Assembly: GCA_964016885.1 (NCBI GenBank)
Contig: OZ024743.1
Location: 220,224,001 to 220,288,000 of the forward strand
Length of the DNA: 64,000 nt
Direction: 5' to 3'
Source: Eledone cirrhosa
Lineage: Eukaryota
The translations under genes were made by a program, and so were the position numbers. The first letter of the stretch is position 1. Each line of letters begins with the position of its first letter. Positions 61,661 to 64,000 of this stretch are shown here, piece after piece. The notes under the pieces are model-generated. The model saw only the letters and a list, made by a program, of their open reading frames with translations. It had not been told where the DNA came from and did not search any database.

Positions 61661-62030
61661 ATATACAAACCTTAACTTTACATTATTTTTCTCTTCGTTA
61701 ATTTTCAAATTCTTTTAATTTATACATTATCTTCCAACGGTTTTTCAACCTCTCTATGTAAAACAATATATTTTTCTCAGTTATAAAAGCTATCTCTCTC
61801 TCTCTCTATCAGCCATCTCTCCTCCTATCTCATCCTTCCTCATTATACTCCTCCTCCTCCACTTTTTACTCTCATCTCCTCCTCTTTTTCATCCTTTCCA
61901 CCTCCCCCCCCCCCCTAAAAAAAAAACATTTTTTCCCCCAATATCACACATCAATCTAAAACTACTTTTCATATGTTGATTTAAAACTGCACTATCCACA
62001 GGTGTTTTTAACCTTCATATCATGTCCTCC

Positions 62031-62101
62031 TATTTTATCTCATGAAAACACAAATGTTATTGCATGATGATATTTGTTTTTGAAATGCGCATAATAAAAT
62101 A
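62031..62101 (+). ncRNA. Hammerhead-like fold with a G5C core variant
   Basis: TATTTTAT-CTCATGA-[16-position stem II]-GAAA-TGCGC-ATA-ATAAAATA; mirror copy at ~59259-59329. Confidence 0.65.
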
Positions 62102-62214
62102 CATGGAACTCATTTAATTATCTTTTGATCTTATATATTATATATATATATATATATAATATAATAATGAAATGACAGGAGGCTGGATTTGTGTAAATCC
62201 TTGAAAGGTTTATT

Positions 62215-62272
62215 ATACTATGATCATTTCAATGACCGGGTTCCGTATGAATCCGGTGATATCATCAGGTAT
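62215..62272 (-). ncRNA. Type I hammerhead motif, same family as 21346-21403
   Basis: Minus strand: ATAC-CTGATGA-TATCACCGG..CCGGTCATT-GAAA-TGATC-ATA-GTAT. Confidence 0.7.
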
Positions 62273-62578
62273 TCGAAATATAATACGTGAATGTAATAGA
62301 TAAAATCCATGGGGCTGAAAATCGAGCTACAATGTATTATCATCATCTAGAAACGATCGTAAAGCACTGAAGTATATCTCTAATGACTTGATTTTTTATT
62401 TCATTGTTTTAACTTATATATATAAATATATATATATATATACGATATATATAGATATAAATAGATATATATTCCTATATATATATGTAAGATATATATA
62501 TATACTATATATATATATATGGCTTAGCTGCTGATCGAACTTCGAATATGCTGTACTATTGTATATATATATATATAT

Positions 62579-63177
62579 ATGGTGGCTGCCAACTCGTTTT
62601 CGAGTACGGCCTCTACATCCATGTAGGAGAACCCCTACCGATGCGCTGAACAAGTGTGACTTTTTAGTCCCGCCAGCGACTTAAAAACTCTGGTACAAAC
62701 ACTACACTTGTGACAATTATTGACACATAGTGCTGGACCCATGGTACCATGTGATGACAAGTGCAGAGAGATCTCCAGATATAAAGAAATGCCTGTGCTG
62801 TGTAGCTTTTATAGTGTGCAAAGGCACTGCAAAAAGCCAGTCCCACTCTCTTAACCAAGATGATATTTACCAAAAAGAAGAACAAGTGAACATCATTGGA
62901 TACCATCAGGGTTGCAGGTGTTATATCAGAGTTTTCCTTCTCCTAGAATTCTGCCTTGACAAAGGCTAAGGGGCCATCTCTCCCGGTGATTTTGGATTGC
63001 CATTGACGCTTAAGAGCTCCTTTGCCCTTTGACAGGTTTTGTTTTTAGTCCTGCAGGATGTCCAAAGTCACCTTCCTCAAGAAACGTTGGTGGGGTTGCC
63101 AGTTTAGTCGCCAACGACCCGACCATGAGACAGGTTGTACTGGGATACATGTTACCAGTAGCACCAACTGGTGACCT

Positions 63178-63180
<3 letters not shown>
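62579..63180 (-). mobile_element. Non-autonomous RTE-like family 1
   Basis: Reverse complement of 23389-23998. Confidence 0.75.
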
Positions 63181-63215
<35 letters not shown>

Positions 63216-63223
63216 TAAGTACA

Positions 63224-63278
<55 letters not shown>

Positions 63279-63299
63279 TAAGTACAATATATATATATA

Positions 63300-63676
63300 A
63301 AATTTAGCTTCGAGCATAGCAGTTGAATTTCGTATTTTTAAAGAGACGCGGTTTGTTTATAAATAAACATTTAGAAAGCCGTGGCTATGCAAAAACACCG
63401 GCAGCTATCACCACCTAGTGGTGTCCAACAGAAGCAAGGGGGGGGGGGCAATCGTTGATGCATTCCGAACTGAACTGGTTCTCATCAGGACGATCCCTCC
63501 CGTTCTTGCAACTGCTGGACTTTGAAAACAGGCGAGAATATCTATTTTTCTCGTCTGTGTAAATGAGGTGATTAATTTGTATATGAAGCTATACAAGTCC
63601 GGTGTTTTTGCATAACCACGGCTTTCTAAATGTTTATTTATAAACATACCGCGTTTCTTCTTTAGAAATACGGAAT

Positions 63677-63682
<6 letters not shown>
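63300..63682 (-). mobile_element. Fold-back mini-element with a decayed hammerhead (63453-63492, minus strand)
   Basis: Arms ~63332-63400 / 63598-63680; CGTC-CTGATGA-GAAC..GTTC-GGAA-TGC-ATC-AACG; diverged relative at ~42690-42960. Confidence 0.65.
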
Positions 63683-63709
<27 letters not shown>

Positions 63710-63713
<4 letters not shown>

Positions 63714-63845
63714 GAAGGAAGTGTGGTAAGGAACCAGGTGGACCATAACGCACCAGAGTACTCGATATTATGGGTAGTAGAGTGGGTAATAGTAAAAGAG
63801 TCAGGACCCCGACGGCTGAGCTCCGGCCGTTTCGACAGCTATTTC

Positions 63846-63850
<5 letters not shown>
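63710..63850 (-). mobile_element. Family H1 element, single arm truncated within stem II
   Basis: Matches the tail and arm of 50161-50300. Confidence 0.7.
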
Positions 63851-63903
<53 letters not shown>

Positions 63904-64000
63904 AAAAAGGAAATTTCGCTCTACATGGCTGTCCATTCTACTGACATGGCTATAAAATTGAGGCTTGTTTGCAAAATTGCAAACGAATCGAATGTTATTA

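Larger units (their letters stand above)
59219..62140. mobile_element. 5'-truncated Penelope-like element (Naiad-type) with a ~1.35-kb inverted copy
   Basis: 59219-60573 is the reverse complement of 60750-62140; GIY-YIG ORF remnant; hammerhead-like fold near both outer ends. Confidence 0.88.

Noticed and set aside
62040-62085. SECIS element (ATGA...GA-bounded stem)
   Set aside because: No apical AA motif and no in-frame TGA; the flanks fit a hammerhead fold better.

Overview
Eukaryotic, AT- and microsatellite-rich invertebrate DNA. The repeat content suggests an octopus-like cephalopod (inference only). Bases 1-20967 are a head-to-tail array of at least four near-identical ~6.07 kb Tx1/L1-clade non-LTR retrotransposons. 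Each has a CCHC-knuckle ORF1 and an APE-RT-zinc finger ORF2, all visible ORFs are intact, and units are joined by (ATT)n spacers. The ORF1 stop codon sits inside a perfect GTAAGT splice donor whose first downstream AG would fuse ORF1 to ORF2 in frame. The remaining 43 kb has no confidently identifiable host gene. It is a patchwork of (TA)n/(CA)n/(TATG)n microsatellites, tRNA-derived SINEs, non-autonomous RTE-like elements chained through (TATG)n, Helitron-like elements, mariner/hAT remnants and LINE fragments. It also holds a 2.9 kb fold-back Penelope-like (Naiad-type GIY-YIG) element and many short fold-back elements in (TA)n that carry intact or decayed hammerhead ribozyme motifs. All coordinates and pairings were read by eye.
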